Shown here in pieces: positions 1-11,006 of a DNA stretch of 24,000 nucleotides (position 1 is the stretch's first letter; every line of letters begins with the position of its first letter). A program made the translations under genes and the position numbers. The notes beneath the pieces were generated by a model. It saw only the letters and a list, made by a program, of their open reading frames with translations, ran no database searches and had not been told where the DNA came from. The stretch comes from Propionicimonas sp. Its GTDB lineage: Bacteria > Actinomycetota > Actinomycetes > Propionibacteriales > Propionibacteriaceae. The stretch is taken from the NCBI GenBank assembly GCA_036770475.1, contig DAIPJC010000003.1:40766-64765 (forward strand). Direction: 5' to 3'.

Positions 1-808
1 GCGAGCCCAGCTCCCGCAGCCTCGCCCGGTCAGCCGGGGGCAGGTCGTCACTGCCGGCCAGAACGCCATCGTCGTGCACGACGTCGGGCAGCTGGCCGTC
101 GCTGCCCTGATATCGCAGGGCGAGGTCGAGTTGTTCGACGGCGAGGTCGAGGTCTCCGTGGCGCAGCCCGATCGCGATGAAGTAGGCGTCCCACTGCCAG
201 AGCGCGACGTAGCCCAGCTTGGACGGGACGACCACTCGCGAGCCGGGCACCAGCTCGAGCCCCACCTGGTTGGCGCCGAGCACCCACCAGCAGTGGGCGG
301 CCGTGGCCTCCACGTCGGCGTGCACGCGCGGGCAGCGCTCGAACCACGCCCGCCACGTCTGCTCGGTGCGAGCGAGCCGCCGCTCGTGCCCTTCACCCTG
401 GTCGACCCGGACGCCGCGGTCGTCGGCGATCGCGATCCGGACGTCGCCGTCGTCCAGCGCGCGTTCGCACGATGAGCCGTCCGCGAACTCCAGCGAGCAC
501 CGGGCCAGACCACCCAGACTGAGCTCGTCCGACGCCCCGACCGTCAGCGTGGCGACGCCGCCGCCGAACTCGATCCGGTCGACCCGCACCCGGGTCACCG
601 GCAGGACGTCCCCGGCCCGGTCGTACAGCCGCAGGCTCCGGACGGCGATGGCGTCGTCCGCGTCCACCTCGTACTCGGCCCGGCTGACCGACAACCCGCC
701 ACCTGATGCTTCGCGGACCAGGAGCCGCGAGCCGGGCAGGGTGAACGGCACCTGGCGGAGGTCGATGAAGGAGGCCGCCGACTCCGCCAGCCGCTCGGCG
801 CGACTCAC
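1..808 (-). CDS. Glycoside hydrolase, (alpha/alpha)6-barrel type (GH63 / MGH1 / trehalase-like), N-terminal 269 codons; 3' end lies beyond the left edge
   Basis: Not in the ORF track because it has no stop inside the window. Hand translation of the minus strand (plus-strand triplets at 2+3k) is stop-free from 808 to 1. 37 of 40 codons tallied in 482-601 have G/C at the third position. The + ORFs 74..475 and 219..845 (S/R/T/P-rich) are its shadows. It reads (V/M)SRAERLAESAASFIDLRQVPFTL...TWRAWFERCPRVHADVEATAAHCWWVLGANQV...VVPSKLGYVALWQWDAYFIAIGLRHGDLDLAVEQLDLALRYQGSDGQLPDVVHDDG. The PSK-Y--W-WD--F-A-GL stretch resembles the start of the catalytic barrel in GH63/MGH1-like enzymes (recollection, not searched). 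GTG 808..806 overlaps the TGA (807..805) of the upstream permease. Confidence 0.6.
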   Translation of the reverse strand, partial: MSRAERLAESAASFIDLRQVPFTLPGSRLLVREASGGGLSVSRAEYEVDADDAIAVRSLRLYDRAGDVLPVTRVRVDRIEFGGGVATLTVGASDELSLGGLARCSLEFADGSSCERALDDGDVRIAIADDRGVRVDQGEGHERRLARTEQTWRAWFERCPRVHADVEATAAHCWWVLGANQVGLELVPGSRVVVPSKLGYVALWQWDAYFIAIGLRHGDLDLAVEQLDLALRYQGSDGQLPDVVHDDGVLAGSDDLPPADRARLRELGS

Positions 809-1686
809 CGTCCACCCAGCCCGGAGGAGGCCAGCGAGTCGATGATCTTCCGCTGCCCGATCACGAACGCGATCAGCATCGGCACGGTGGCGATCGCGGA
901 CGCCGCCATCACCAACCCGTAGTTGATCGTGCCGAACTGGCCGCGGAAGCTGGTCAGCAGCAGCGGGACGGTGAACAGGTCCGGCGTGTTCAGCAGCACC
1001 AGCGGGAACAGGAAGTTGTTCCACACGTCCAGCGCGACGATGATCGACAGTGCGGCCAGGCCGGGGCGCAGGTTCGGCAGCACGATCCGCCAGAACATGC
1101 GCCAGCGGCCGCAGCCGTCCACCCGGGCCGCCTCCTCGAGCTCCTTCGGCAAGGTGAGCACGAACTGGCGCATCAGGAACACCGCGAACGGGTTCACCAG
1201 CATCGCGGGGACGATCAGCGACAGGTGCGAGTCCACCCAGCCGAACTTCGTCATCAGCAGATAGAACGGGATCAGCGTGACCTGCTTGGGAATCATCTGG
1301 GTGGCCAGGAAGACCACGAACAGCACCTTCGCCCCGCGGAACTCGATCCGGGCGAACGCATAACCCGCCATCGACGCCGTGACCAGGGTGCCCACCACGG
1401 AGAGCAGGCAGATGTAGGCGCTGTTGAGGTACGCCTGCCCGAACGGCACGGCGGTCCAGGCCTGGACGTAGTTGTCGATCGTCCAGGGGCTCGGCAGGAA
1501 GCTCAACGGGTTGTCCAGCAGCTGCGGCAGCGTCTTGAACGAGGTGAGCAGCATCCAGACGAACGGGAACACCATGGCCAGCCCGCCGGCGAGCAGCACG
1601 AGGTGCAGGACGAGCTTGCGCACGGTGCGTCCCGTCCGGCCGGTGGAGGTCTGGACGGGGGTGGCGGTGGCTTCGAGGGTGGCCAT
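805..1686 (-). CDS. CUT1 ABC sugar transporter permease (MalG/UgpE-like)
   Basis: C-terminal 293 aa of track ORF 805..2427, starting at MATLEATATPV (ATG 1686..1684). The part of that ORF upstream of 1686 is an out-of-frame overlap with the neighbouring permease. It has multiple hydrophobic segments and the EAA-loop EEAARVDGCGRWRMFWRIVLPNLRPG typical of binding-protein-dependent permeases. Confidence 0.9.
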   Translation of the reverse strand: MATLEATATPVQTSTGRTGRTVRKLVLHLVLLAGGLAMVFPFVWMLLTSFKTLPQLLDNPLSFLPSPWTIDNYVQAWTAVPFGQAYLNSAYICLLSVVGTLVTASMAGYAFARIEFRGAKVLFVVFLATQMIPKQVTLIPFYLLMTKFGWVDSHLSLIVPAMLVNPFAVFLMRQFVLTLPKELEEAARVDGCGRWRMFWRIVLPNLRPGLAALSIIVALDVWNNFLFPLVLLNTPDLFTVPLLLTSFRGQFGTINYGLVMAASAIATVPMLIAFVIGQRKIIDSLASSGLGGR

Positions 1687-1688
1687 GC

Positions 1689-2618
1689 TCACTCGCTCTC
1701 GTAGTGCACGAAACGCTTCTGCGCGGCGAACTGCAGCCCTGTGATCACCAGCGTCAGCACGAGCAGGATCACGGACGCCGCGCTGGACGGGCCGAACTCG
1801 AAGCGGGCGAAGCCCAGGTCGTAGATGTGGTAGACGATCGTCCGGGTGGCGTTGTCGGGACCCGCGTCCGCGGTCAGCACGAAGACGGTGTCGAAGGTCT
1901 GCAGGGACGAGATGAACGCCACGATCATCGAGAAGAAGATGATCGGCGAGATCAGCGGCATCCGGATCCGGGTGAGCAGCGACCACGCCCCCGCGCCGTC
2001 CAGCTGGGCGGCCTCGATCACGGAAGGGGAGATGCCCTGCAGCCCGGCGAGGAAGATCACCGCGTTCAGGCCGACCGACATCCAGATCGTGACGATGCAC
2101 ACCGAGATCAGGGCGAGGTGCGGGTCGCCCAGCCAGTCGGGCGGGTCGATACCGAACGTGCTGGCGATGAAGCTGCTCAGCACGCCGTCGGACCGGAACA
2201 GCTGCTGCCAGATCATCGCGACCGCGACCGTGCTGGTCACCACGGGGGCGAAGAACAGCACGAGGTAGAGCGAGCGCGTGCGCAGCTTCTCCAGGGCGAC
2301 CGCGATCAGCAGGGCGAGGCCGAGCCCGATCGGCACCGTGATCACAGCGATCAGCAGCGTGTTGACGATCGACCGCAACAGGAGTTCGTCGCCGAGCTGG
2401 TCGATGAAGTTCTGCAGGCCCACCCACTTGAGTTCGGTGAGCCCGTCCCAGGACGCGAAGGCGAGGACGAGGCTGGCGACGAACGGACCCAGGATGAACA
2501 GCAGCATGCCGACCAGCTGGGGCCCGACGAACACCCAGCCCCAGCGCCGGTCGCGCCGCCGCCAGGCCGCGGGACGGCGGGTGGCGGGGACGACCGGCGC
2601 GGGGCGAGGAGCGGTCAC
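1689..2618 (-). CDS. CUT1 ABC sugar transporter permease (MalF/UgpA-like)
   Basis: 309 aa with six-TM-like hydrophobic segments and the EAA-loop IEAAQLDGAGAWSLLTRIRMPLISP. GTG start 2618..2616 overlaps the TGA of the binding-protein gene (GTGA). The stop lies 2 nt before the next permease start. Confidence 0.9.
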   Translation of the reverse strand: MTAPRPAPVVPATRRPAAWRRRDRRWGWVFVGPQLVGMLLFILGPFVASLVLAFASWDGLTELKWVGLQNFIDQLGDELLLRSIVNTLLIAVITVPIGLGLALLIAVALEKLRTRSLYLVLFFAPVVTSTVAVAMIWQQLFRSDGVLSSFIASTFGIDPPDWLGDPHLALISVCIVTIWMSVGLNAVIFLAGLQGISPSVIEAAQLDGAGAWSLLTRIRMPLISPIIFFSMIVAFISSLQTFDTVFVLTADAGPDNATRTIVYHIYDLGFARFEFGPSSAASVILLVLTLVITGLQFAAQKRFVHYESE

Positions 2619-3937
2619 TTGCCGATCTTCGCCTTGGCGAGGGCGGCCACGGCGTCCAGGGTGCCCTGCGCGTCCGCCTTGCCCTGGTAGAGCTTCAGGA
2701 ACAGGTCGCTGATGTCGGACGACAGGCTCGGCACCTTCGCCTCGGCCGGGTAGTTCACGAAGCCGATGTTGCGGGCGTCCAGGATGGCCTGGGCGTGGGC
2801 AGGGTAGCCCTCCAGCACGACATCGTCGGCGCCCTTGACCGAGGGGACGGCGTTGCCGCCACCCTGCAGGCGGAACTTCTGGCCGTCCGCGTTGAGGAAC
2901 TCGCTCCAGAACAGGAACGCGGCGTCCGGGTTCTTGCTGTTCTTGTTGATGGCCAGGTAGGAAGCGGCGACGCCGGTGGGGGCGGCCTTGCCGTCAGCGG
3001 TCGGCCAGCGGACGACGTCGTAGTCGGCCTGCACACCGGCGGACTTCAGGGTGCCGATGGTGTAGCGGCCCTGCACGAAGAACCCTGCCTTGTGCCGCAC
3101 GAACAGGCTGTCCGCTCCGGCGCCCTCGGGCAGCGTGTCGGCGACGAGGAAGGTCTTGTCCTGGAAGTAGGTGCCGAGCGTGGTCACCGCGTCGACGGTC
3201 TTGGGGTCGGTGTTGCCGACGAAGCTGTCGCCGTCGTAGGCCTTGCCGCCCTGGGCGGAGATCCAGCTGTAGTGGGTGGCCCAGTAGTTCCAGAACATCG
3301 TGCCGGTCAGGCCCGCGGCCTTGAGCTTGTCGTTCATCTCCAGGAACGTGGCGGTCGTCCACTGGTCGCTGGCGGCCAGCGTAGCCGGGTCCTCGGTGAT
3401 CCCGGCGGCCGCGAGCGCCTTCTTGTCGTACCAGAACATGTCCGGGTTCACGTCGTTGGGGGCGGCGTAGGTCTCGCCGCTGACCTGCGCGGCGCCGAAC
3501 AGGCCGGGGTAGAAGATGTCCTTGCTGATCTTGCTGCCCGGGGCGGCCATGCGGTCGTTGAGCGGCATCAGCACGTTGGCGCTCACGAACTGGCCGAGCT
3601 TGTCGTCGCCGATGTAGAAGACGTCGGGCGCGGTGTTGCTGGTGAGCTGGGCGAGCAGCTTGGAGTGGTAGTCGTCGTAGGACGCGACCGGGTTCAGGGT
3701 GACCTTGATCTGCGGATACTTCTTCATGAACTGTGTGTCGAAGTCCTTGAAGCGGGTCAACTCCTCCGGCGTGCCCCACGTGGACCAGACCACGGTGCCG
3801 GACGGTGTGCCGCCGCTGCCGCCGGTGGTCGGTGCGGCGGCCTGACCACCACCGCCGCTGCAGCCGGCGAAGCCCAGCGCGAGCGCGCCCGCTGCCACAC
3901 TGGCTAGGAGTTTCAGGGTCTTTGAGCGCATCGACAT
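2615..3937 (-). CDS. Extracellular sugar-binding lipoprotein of CUT1 ABC transporter (family 1 SBP)
   Basis: Track ORF 2615..4006. I prefer the internal start MSMRSKTLKLLASVAAGALALGFAGCSGG (ATG 3937, or 3931) because GAGAGG lies about 9 nt upstream and the sequence then begins with a signal peptide plus lipobox (LGFAGC). It is about 440 aa with SBP_bac_1-like composition and is first in the operon with the two permeases. Confidence 0.88.
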   Translation of the reverse strand: MSMRSKTLKLLASVAAGALALGFAGCSGGGGQAAAPTTGGSGGTPSGTVVWSTWGTPEELTRFKDFDTQFMKKYPQIKVTLNPVASYDDYHSKLLAQLTSNTAPDVFYIGDDKLGQFVSANVLMPLNDRMAAPGSKISKDIFYPGLFGAAQVSGETYAAPNDVNPDMFWYDKKALAAAGITEDPATLAASDQWTTATFLEMNDKLKAAGLTGTMFWNYWATHYSWISAQGGKAYDGDSFVGNTDPKTVDAVTTLGTYFQDKTFLVADTLPEGAGADSLFVRHKAGFFVQGRYTIGTLKSAGVQADYDVVRWPTADGKAAPTGVAASYLAINKNSKNPDAAFLFWSEFLNADGQKFRLQGGGNAVPSVKGADDVVLEGYPAHAQAILDARNIGFVNYPAEAKVPSLSSDISDLFLKLYQGKADAQGTLDAVAALAKAKIGK

Positions 3938-3973
3938 CTGGATTGCCTCTCTGCTCGGACGACGCTCGAACGT

Positions 3974-3990
3974 CTGTATTCTGCATACAG
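3974..3990. promoter_or_regulatory. AT-rich palindromic operator-like site CTGTAT-TCTGC-ATACAG overlapping a putative promoter of the SBP operon
   Basis: 6-bp perfect inverted arms lie 37-53 nt upstream of the SBP start. In gene orientation a TTGACT (4006..4001), a 17-nt spacer and CAGAAT (3983..3978) can be read as -35/-10. The 22-mer CTGTATTCTGCATACAGTGTTC matches 8711-8732 (CCGTATTTTGAATACAGTATTG) at 18/22 positions. Confidence 0.5.
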
Positions 3991-4186
3991 TGTTCTGGGG
4001 AGTCAATGGTTTGCCGCGGCCCTTACCGAATCGTTACCGAGTGTCAGAGGTCGCGTGGTCGAGCTTGTCGAGACCCCTCGACGATCTCTCGCACGGTCCC
4101 TGCCATGACTCGATGCGCGCAGTAGATCGCTCGCGGCGGCCACTCTGTCCCTGAAATCGAGGCCTACCGCGCACATCGGATCGGCG

Positions 4187-4611
4187 TCATCCTTCGACCG
4201 TGACCCGAAGGACCATTACGCGGCCATCCATGGCCTGATCCCGGATGGCCTCCCCCGCGTCAACGACCGCGAGTTCGCCCCGCGCCAGTTCGTACCGCTC
4301 CCCCGACCCGGCGAAGTGCTGGCGATCGGTGAGGTCGCTGTAATCGTTGCTCGGCTTGAGCTCCGCGATCGGCGCGACCTCGATCACCGCGCCGCCTTCG
4401 ACCACGTACCGAACCTCCAGGTAGCGCCGCTGACCGGTGAGGACCGCACAGTCGGGATCGGTGGTCACGCGATAGGTCAGCGAGTCGCCGATCGAGTAGG
4501 TCACGTCAGGCAGCACCCGGTCGGCACGCCGGATGGCCTCGACCGCTCGGCGCCACTTGGTGGTCTCGCCGAGCGTGGCCACGAACTCGTCCACGTTCAC
4601 GAACCTCCGCA

Positions 4612-4612
<1 letters not shown>
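4187..4612 (-). CDS. ebgC: YhcH/YjgK/YiaL-family protein, beta-galactosidase beta-subunit (EbgC)-like
   Basis: 141 aa from MRRFVNVDEF (ATG 4612..4610), the C-terminal part of track ORF 4187..4927. The ATGA overlaps the stop of the GH2 gene, as in ebgAC-type pairs. The stretch KWRRAVEAIRR...VTYSIGDSLTYRVTTD...GQRRYLEVRYVVEG matches my recollection of E. coli EbgC (SIGDSLTYRVETD, RRYFEVHYY). Confidence 0.8.
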
Positions 4613-7770
<3,158 letters not shown>

Positions 7771-7784
7771 TCAGCAGCCACACT

Positions 7785-7803
7785 AGGAATACTGAATACA
7801 AAA
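7785..7803. promoter_or_regulatory. Degenerate copy of the AT-rich operator-like motif in the ebgA / gntR divergent intergenic region
   Basis: The reverse complement TTGTATTC-AGT-ATTCCT shares the left arm TGTATTC with 3974-3990, and the right arm is weak. In the forward direction GAATACTGAATACAAAA aligns to GTATTTTGAATACAGTA (8716-8732) at 12/17. It is the only AT-rich patch in the 147-bp divergent region. Confidence 0.35.
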
Positions 7804-7887
7804 CCGCAAGCCCCACGGTGCGGCACCGCTCAGCGGCGCGGCGCCGGTCAGGCCGTATGCTGCGGGACAACCCCGCAGGAGGAGAGC

Positions 7888-8544
7888 ATGGCAATCGAGC
7901 GCCGAGCGCTGCGTGAGCAGGTCCGTGACGAACTCCTCACTCGTATGCGTACGGGGGCGGTGAAGCCGGGACAAGGCATCAACGAGGTGCAGCTGGCTGC
8001 CGAGATCGGCGTGAGCCGCACTCCCCTGCGCGAAGCGCTGATCGCGCTGGAGAGCGAGGGCCAGATCGAGAGCGAGAGCGGCAAGGGCTTCCGGTTCGTG
8101 GCGATGAGCGCGCGCGAGTTCGAGGAGCTCGCGCCGGTGATCTCCGCGCTGGAGAGCCTTGCGATTGAGCTCAGCCCGCTGCCGAAGATGCAGAAGCTCG
8201 GACGGAAGCTGGCCAAGCTGGCCGCCGACTTCGACAGCGAGACCGCCGCCCACTCGATGATCATGACCAGGGACGACGAGTGGCACGGCGTCATGCTCAG
8301 CGCGTGCCCCAACCACCGGCTGCTGGCGCTGATCGGCACGGTGCGGCAGTCGTTCCATCGCTACGAGTCGCTGCTCGTGCCGGACGAGGCGATCGTCAGC
8401 CGGGTCGCCGCCGAGCACGCGGCGATCGCCCGATGCCTCGCGGACGGTGACATCCCCGGCGCCCAGGCAGCGCTGCAGACCAACTGGGTCAACGGCGCCA
8501 AACGGATCCTCGTGCAGGCCAGCAGCCGCTACCTCACCGACTGA
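7888..8544 (+). CDS. GntR-family transcriptional regulator, FadR/FCD subfamily
   Basis: 218 aa from MAIERRALREQ (ATG 7888, preceded by CAGGAGGAGAG), the C-terminal part of track ORF 7765..8544. The winged-HTH is INEVQLAAEIGVSRTPLREALIALESEGQIES. The helical C-terminal half has histidines (HSM, HRLLALI, FHRYE, AEHAAIARCL) typical of FCD domains. Confidence 0.88.
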   Translation: MAIERRALREQVRDELLTRMRTGAVKPGQGINEVQLAAEIGVSRTPLREALIALESEGQIESESGKGFRFVAMSAREFEELAPVISALESLAIELSPLPKMQKLGRKLAKLAADFDSETAAHSMIMTRDDEWHGVMLSACPNHRLLALIGTVRQSFHRYESLLVPDEAIVSRVAAEHAAIARCLADGDIPGAQAALQTNWVNGAKRILVQASSRYLTD

Positions 8545-8545
8545 G

Positions 8546-8685
8546 CCCGTCCACCACAAGCTGGACGGTTTCCTGGCGTCTCGCCCGATTTCCGTCCACG
8601 TTGTGATGCGCGGGACCCCCGTCCACCACAAGCTGGACAGTTTCCCGGCGTCTGGCCCGATTTCCGTCCACGTTGTGATGGACGA
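8546..8685. repeat. Tandem direct repeat, 2 x 63 bp at 72-bp period (60/63 identical), each unit containing two 20-22 bp palindromic sub-sites
   Basis: Copy 1 is 8546-8608 and copy 2 is 8618-8680. The four sub-sites are CCGTCCA-N8-TGGACGG at 8547-8568, a degenerate-right-arm copy at 8592-8612, 8619-8640 (TGGACAG) and 8664-8685 (TGGACGA). Within a unit the first and second sub-sites are also imperfect inverted copies of each other (CCACCACAAGCTGGACGG vs reverse complement CCATCACAACGTGGACGG, 15/18). Confidence 0.9.
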
Positions 8686-8710
8686 ACGCGGAGGCAGACC
8701 CCTGTACGAA

Positions 8711-8734
8711 TGCCCGTATTTTGAATACAGTATT
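8711..8734. promoter_or_regulatory. AT-rich operator-like site (GTATT-TTG-AATAC core) overlapping a putative -10 of the second SBP operon
   Basis: CCGTATTTTGAATACAGTATTGGG lies 27-50 nt upstream of ATG 8761. It matches the 3974-region 22-mer at 18/22. TACAGT (8726-8731) is a possible -10. The RBS GAGGAGG is at 8747-8753. Confidence 0.5.
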
Positions 8735-8760
8735 GGGAACACAACGAGGAGGTTGGCCCG

Positions 8761-10071
8761 ATGAAGTCCCGTAGCGTCCTCGCCCTGGTGGCAGTGACCG
8801 CTCTCTCCCTGACCGGCTGCGCGATGGGCGGTACCGGCCCCGCAGCAACGTCCGCTCCTGCCGTGTCGGCGTCCGCCAAGCCCACCGGCTCCATCACCGT
8901 GTGGTCGTGGGACGTGGCTGCGACGGCGCTCAAGCGGCTGGCCACCGAGTACCAGTCCAGCCACCCCGATACGACCATCGACGTGGTCGACATCGGCTAC
9001 GACAACGCCTACGACAAGATCTCGGTGGGGCTGCAGGCCGGCAGCGGGCTCCCCGACCTCGTCACGATCGAGACCGACCATGCCTCCGGCTACCTCGGCC
9101 AGTTCCCGCAGGGCTTCGTGAAGCTCGACTCGGTGATCGGGGACAAGAAGGCCGACTTCGACCCGTCCAAGTGGGCGGCGGCGACCGGCACCGACGGCGG
9201 CATCTACATGGTTCCGTGGGACTCCGGGACGGTGGCCCTCTACTACCGCTCCGACTACCTCAAGGCCGCCGGGGTCGACCCGAATTCCCTGACCACCTGG
9301 GACGCGCTGATCGCGGCCGGCGAGAAGATCAAGGCCGCCACCGGACACACCCTGATGTCTATCGACGTCTCGTCCGGCGCCACCTTTGGCATGCTCATGC
9401 AGCAGCAGGGCGCCTGGATCTTCGACTCGCAGGGCAACGTGTCGGTGAACAGCCCGCAGGCCGTACAGGCACTCACCGTGCTCAAGACCATCCATGACAA
9501 AGGCCTGCTCAAGAACGTGAAGGGCTGGGACGGCCGGGTCAGCTCCACCAAGGCCGGCGACTCCGCCGTCCACCCCGAGGCGGTGTGGTGGATCGGCACG
9601 CTGGAGGGCGAGATGAAGGAGCTCTCCGGGAAGTTCGGCGTGGTGCCGCTGCCCGCGTTCGGGGACAGTGCCCGGACGGCAGCGAACGGCGGCTCGAACC
9701 TGGCCGTCCCCGCTCAGGCCAAGAACCCCACTCTGGCGGCCGACTTCGCGGCCTGGGTGCTCGCGGACGCGAAGAACCAGGCGTCGATGATGGAGAAGGA
9801 AGGGCTGTTCCCGGCCTACCTCCCCGCCCTGGCCGAGCCGATCTTCAACCAGCCGGACAAGTACTTCGGTGGCCAGAAGGTCTACCAGCTGTTCGCAGAG
9901 CAGACCGCGAAGATCCCGCCGGTGAACTTCACGAGTGACGCAGCCAAGGCGTCCGACATCGTCGGTAACGCCGTGGTCGCCGCGGTGCTCAACGGCAAGG
10001 ACCCGAAGACTGTCCTGGACGACGCGGCGAAGCAGATCGCGACCGCGACAGGCCGGCAGATCGCGGGCTGA
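8761..10071 (+). CDS. Extracellular sugar-binding lipoprotein of second CUT1 ABC transporter
   Basis: 436 aa with a signal peptide plus lipobox (ALSLTGCAMGG) and SBP_bac_1-like sequence (ITVWSWD...YDNAYDKI...MVPWDSG). A strong RBS is present. The stop overlaps the next start by 1 nt (TGATG). Confidence 0.92.
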   Translation: MKSRSVLALVAVTALSLTGCAMGGTGPAATSAPAVSASAKPTGSITVWSWDVAATALKRLATEYQSSHPDTTIDVVDIGYDNAYDKISVGLQAGSGLPDLVTIETDHASGYLGQFPQGFVKLDSVIGDKKADFDPSKWAAATGTDGGIYMVPWDSGTVALYYRSDYLKAAGVDPNSLTTWDALIAAGEKIKAATGHTLMSIDVSSGATFGMLMQQQGAWIFDSQGNVSVNSPQAVQALTVLKTIHDKGLLKNVKGWDGRVSSTKAGDSAVHPEAVWWIGTLEGEMKELSGKFGVVPLPAFGDSARTAANGGSNLAVPAQAKNPTLAADFAAWVLADAKNQASMMEKEGLFPAYLPALAEPIFNQPDKYFGGQKVYQLFAEQTAKIPPVNFTSDAAKASDIVGNAVVAAVLNGKDPKTVLDDAAKQIATATGRQIAG

Positions 10072-11006
10072 TGTCGGCGACGGCGACGCGGGCCGGCGGC
10101 CGGGTCCGGGGCTCCACCCGACTCGGACGCCGGCTTGCCCGGCCGGGCCTGTGGTTCTCACTGCCGGCACTGGCGCTGTTCGCGCTGTTCTTCGCCTACC
10201 CGCTGTTCGCGTCCCTGTTGCAGAGCTTCTTCAGCACGAAGGGCGGCGTCTCCCGTCCGGTGGGGACGGCGAACTACGTGCGCCTGACCGAGGATCCGCT
10301 GGTCGCGCAGTCCCTGCTCAACGCCCTGATCATCCTGGTCGTGCAGGTGCCGCTGATGATCGTGCTGGCGCTGGGCATCGCGTACGTGCTGAATCAGTCC
10401 TGGCTGCGCTGGCGCACGGGCTTCCGGCTCGCCTACTTCCTGCCCGCGGTGACGACACTGGTTGCCTACTCGGTGGTGTTCCGGGTGATGCTGGCCACCG
10501 ACGGCGGCCTGGTGAACCAGTTGCTGGGCGTGGTCGGGATTCCACCGGTGGACTGGCTGAACAACGAGGTGTGGGCGAAGGTGGCACTGATCGCGTCCAT
10601 CACGTGGCGCTGGACCGGCTACAACATGGTGATCATCCTCGCCGGCCTGCAGGCGATCCCCGCCGAGCAGTACGAGGCCGCGCGAGTGGACGGCGCCGGA
10701 CGGTGGGCGACGTTCAGCCAGGTGGTGGTGCCGCAGCTCCGGGCCGTGCTGGTGTTCACGACGGTGACCTCGACGATCGGCGCGCTGCAGCTGTTCGACG
10801 AGAACTTCATCCTGACCGGGGGTGGGCCGAACAACGCCACGCTGACCCCGGTGCTGTACCTGTACAAGGTCGCGTTCCGGCAGTTCGACTTCGGGTACGC
10901 CAACGCCATCGCCTGGCTGCTCGTGGTGATCATCACGATCGCCTCTGCGCTGCAGTTCTGGTTCACGCGTGACCGGGACGCGCGTCCGCGGAAGGCCGTC
11001 CGGTGA
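10071..11006 (+). CDS. CUT1 ABC sugar transporter permease (MalF/UgpA-like)
   Basis: 311 aa and hydrophobic, with the EAA-loop YEAARVDGAGRWATFSQVVVPQLRA. Confidence 0.9.
   Translation: MSATATRAGGRVRGSTRLGRRLARPGLWFSLPALALFALFFAYPLFASLLQSFFSTKGGVSRPVGTANYVRLTEDPLVAQSLLNALIILVVQVPLMIVLALGIAYVLNQSWLRWRTGFRLAYFLPAVTTLVAYSVVFRVMLATDGGLVNQLLGVVGIPPVDWLNNEVWAKVALIASITWRWTGYNMVIILAGLQAIPAEQYEAARVDGAGRWATFSQVVVPQLRAVLVFTTVTSTIGALQLFDENFILTGGGPNNATLTPVLYLYKVAFRQFDFGYANAIAWLLVVIITIASALQFWFTRDRDARPRKAVR

Noticed and set aside
219-845. 208-aa plus ORF and the other listed ORFs at the left end (48..356 -, 74..475 +, 393..815 -)
   Set aside because: The Ser/Arg/Thr/Pro-rich product arises because its third codon position coincides with the third position of the real minus-strand gene. 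The unlisted minus frame gives a sensible glycosidase-like protein.
1687-2427. N-terminal 247 aa of track ORF 805..2427, which would make a 540-aa protein
   Set aside because: This part is an out-of-frame read through the upstream permease gene and gives an Arg/Asp/Pro-rich sequence. The permease-like sequence begins at MATLEATA (1686), 2 nt after the upstream stop.
4023-4084. Direct repeat TTACCGA-ATCG-TTACCGA and hairpin GTCGAG-ACCC-CTCGAC between the ebgC-like gene and the SBP promoter
   Set aside because: The elements are short (7-bp and 6-bp) and occur only once. They might contribute to termination of the ebgAC-like transcript or to activator binding, but support is too weak to call.
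7815-7850. Run of short GC-rich palindromes (CGGTGC-G-GCACCG, CCGCT-C-AGCGG, GGCGC-G-GCGCC) upstream of gntR
   Set aside because: The arms are very short, the loops are 1 nt, and the context is extremely GC-rich. Such palindromes are expected by chance, and no second copy occurs elsewhere in the window.
8546-8680. Possible CRISPR array
   Set aside because: There are only two repeat copies separated by 9 bp, so there is no spacer-sized unique sequence, and no cas genes are present. The repeats contain multiple internal palindromes unlike typical CRISPR repeats.
8606-8764. Small upstream ORF (MRGTPVHHKLDSF... or the shorter MDERGGRPLYECPYFEYSIGNTTRRLAR from 8678) whose TGA overlaps the SBP start as ATGA
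   Set aside because: Third-position G/C is poor in its 3' half and it has no RBS. It reads through the repeat, the AT-rich operator and the SBP ribosome-binding site. The overlap is most simply coincidental, and only Ribo-seq could revive it.
7783-10170. 795-aa minus-strand ORF spanning the gntR gene, the intergenic repeat and the second binding-protein gene
   Set aside because: It is Arg/Gly/Pro/Val-rich low-complexity translation and runs straight through a clearly non-coding AT-rich promoter region. It lies antisense to two well-supported genes and is a typical high-GC shadow ORF.
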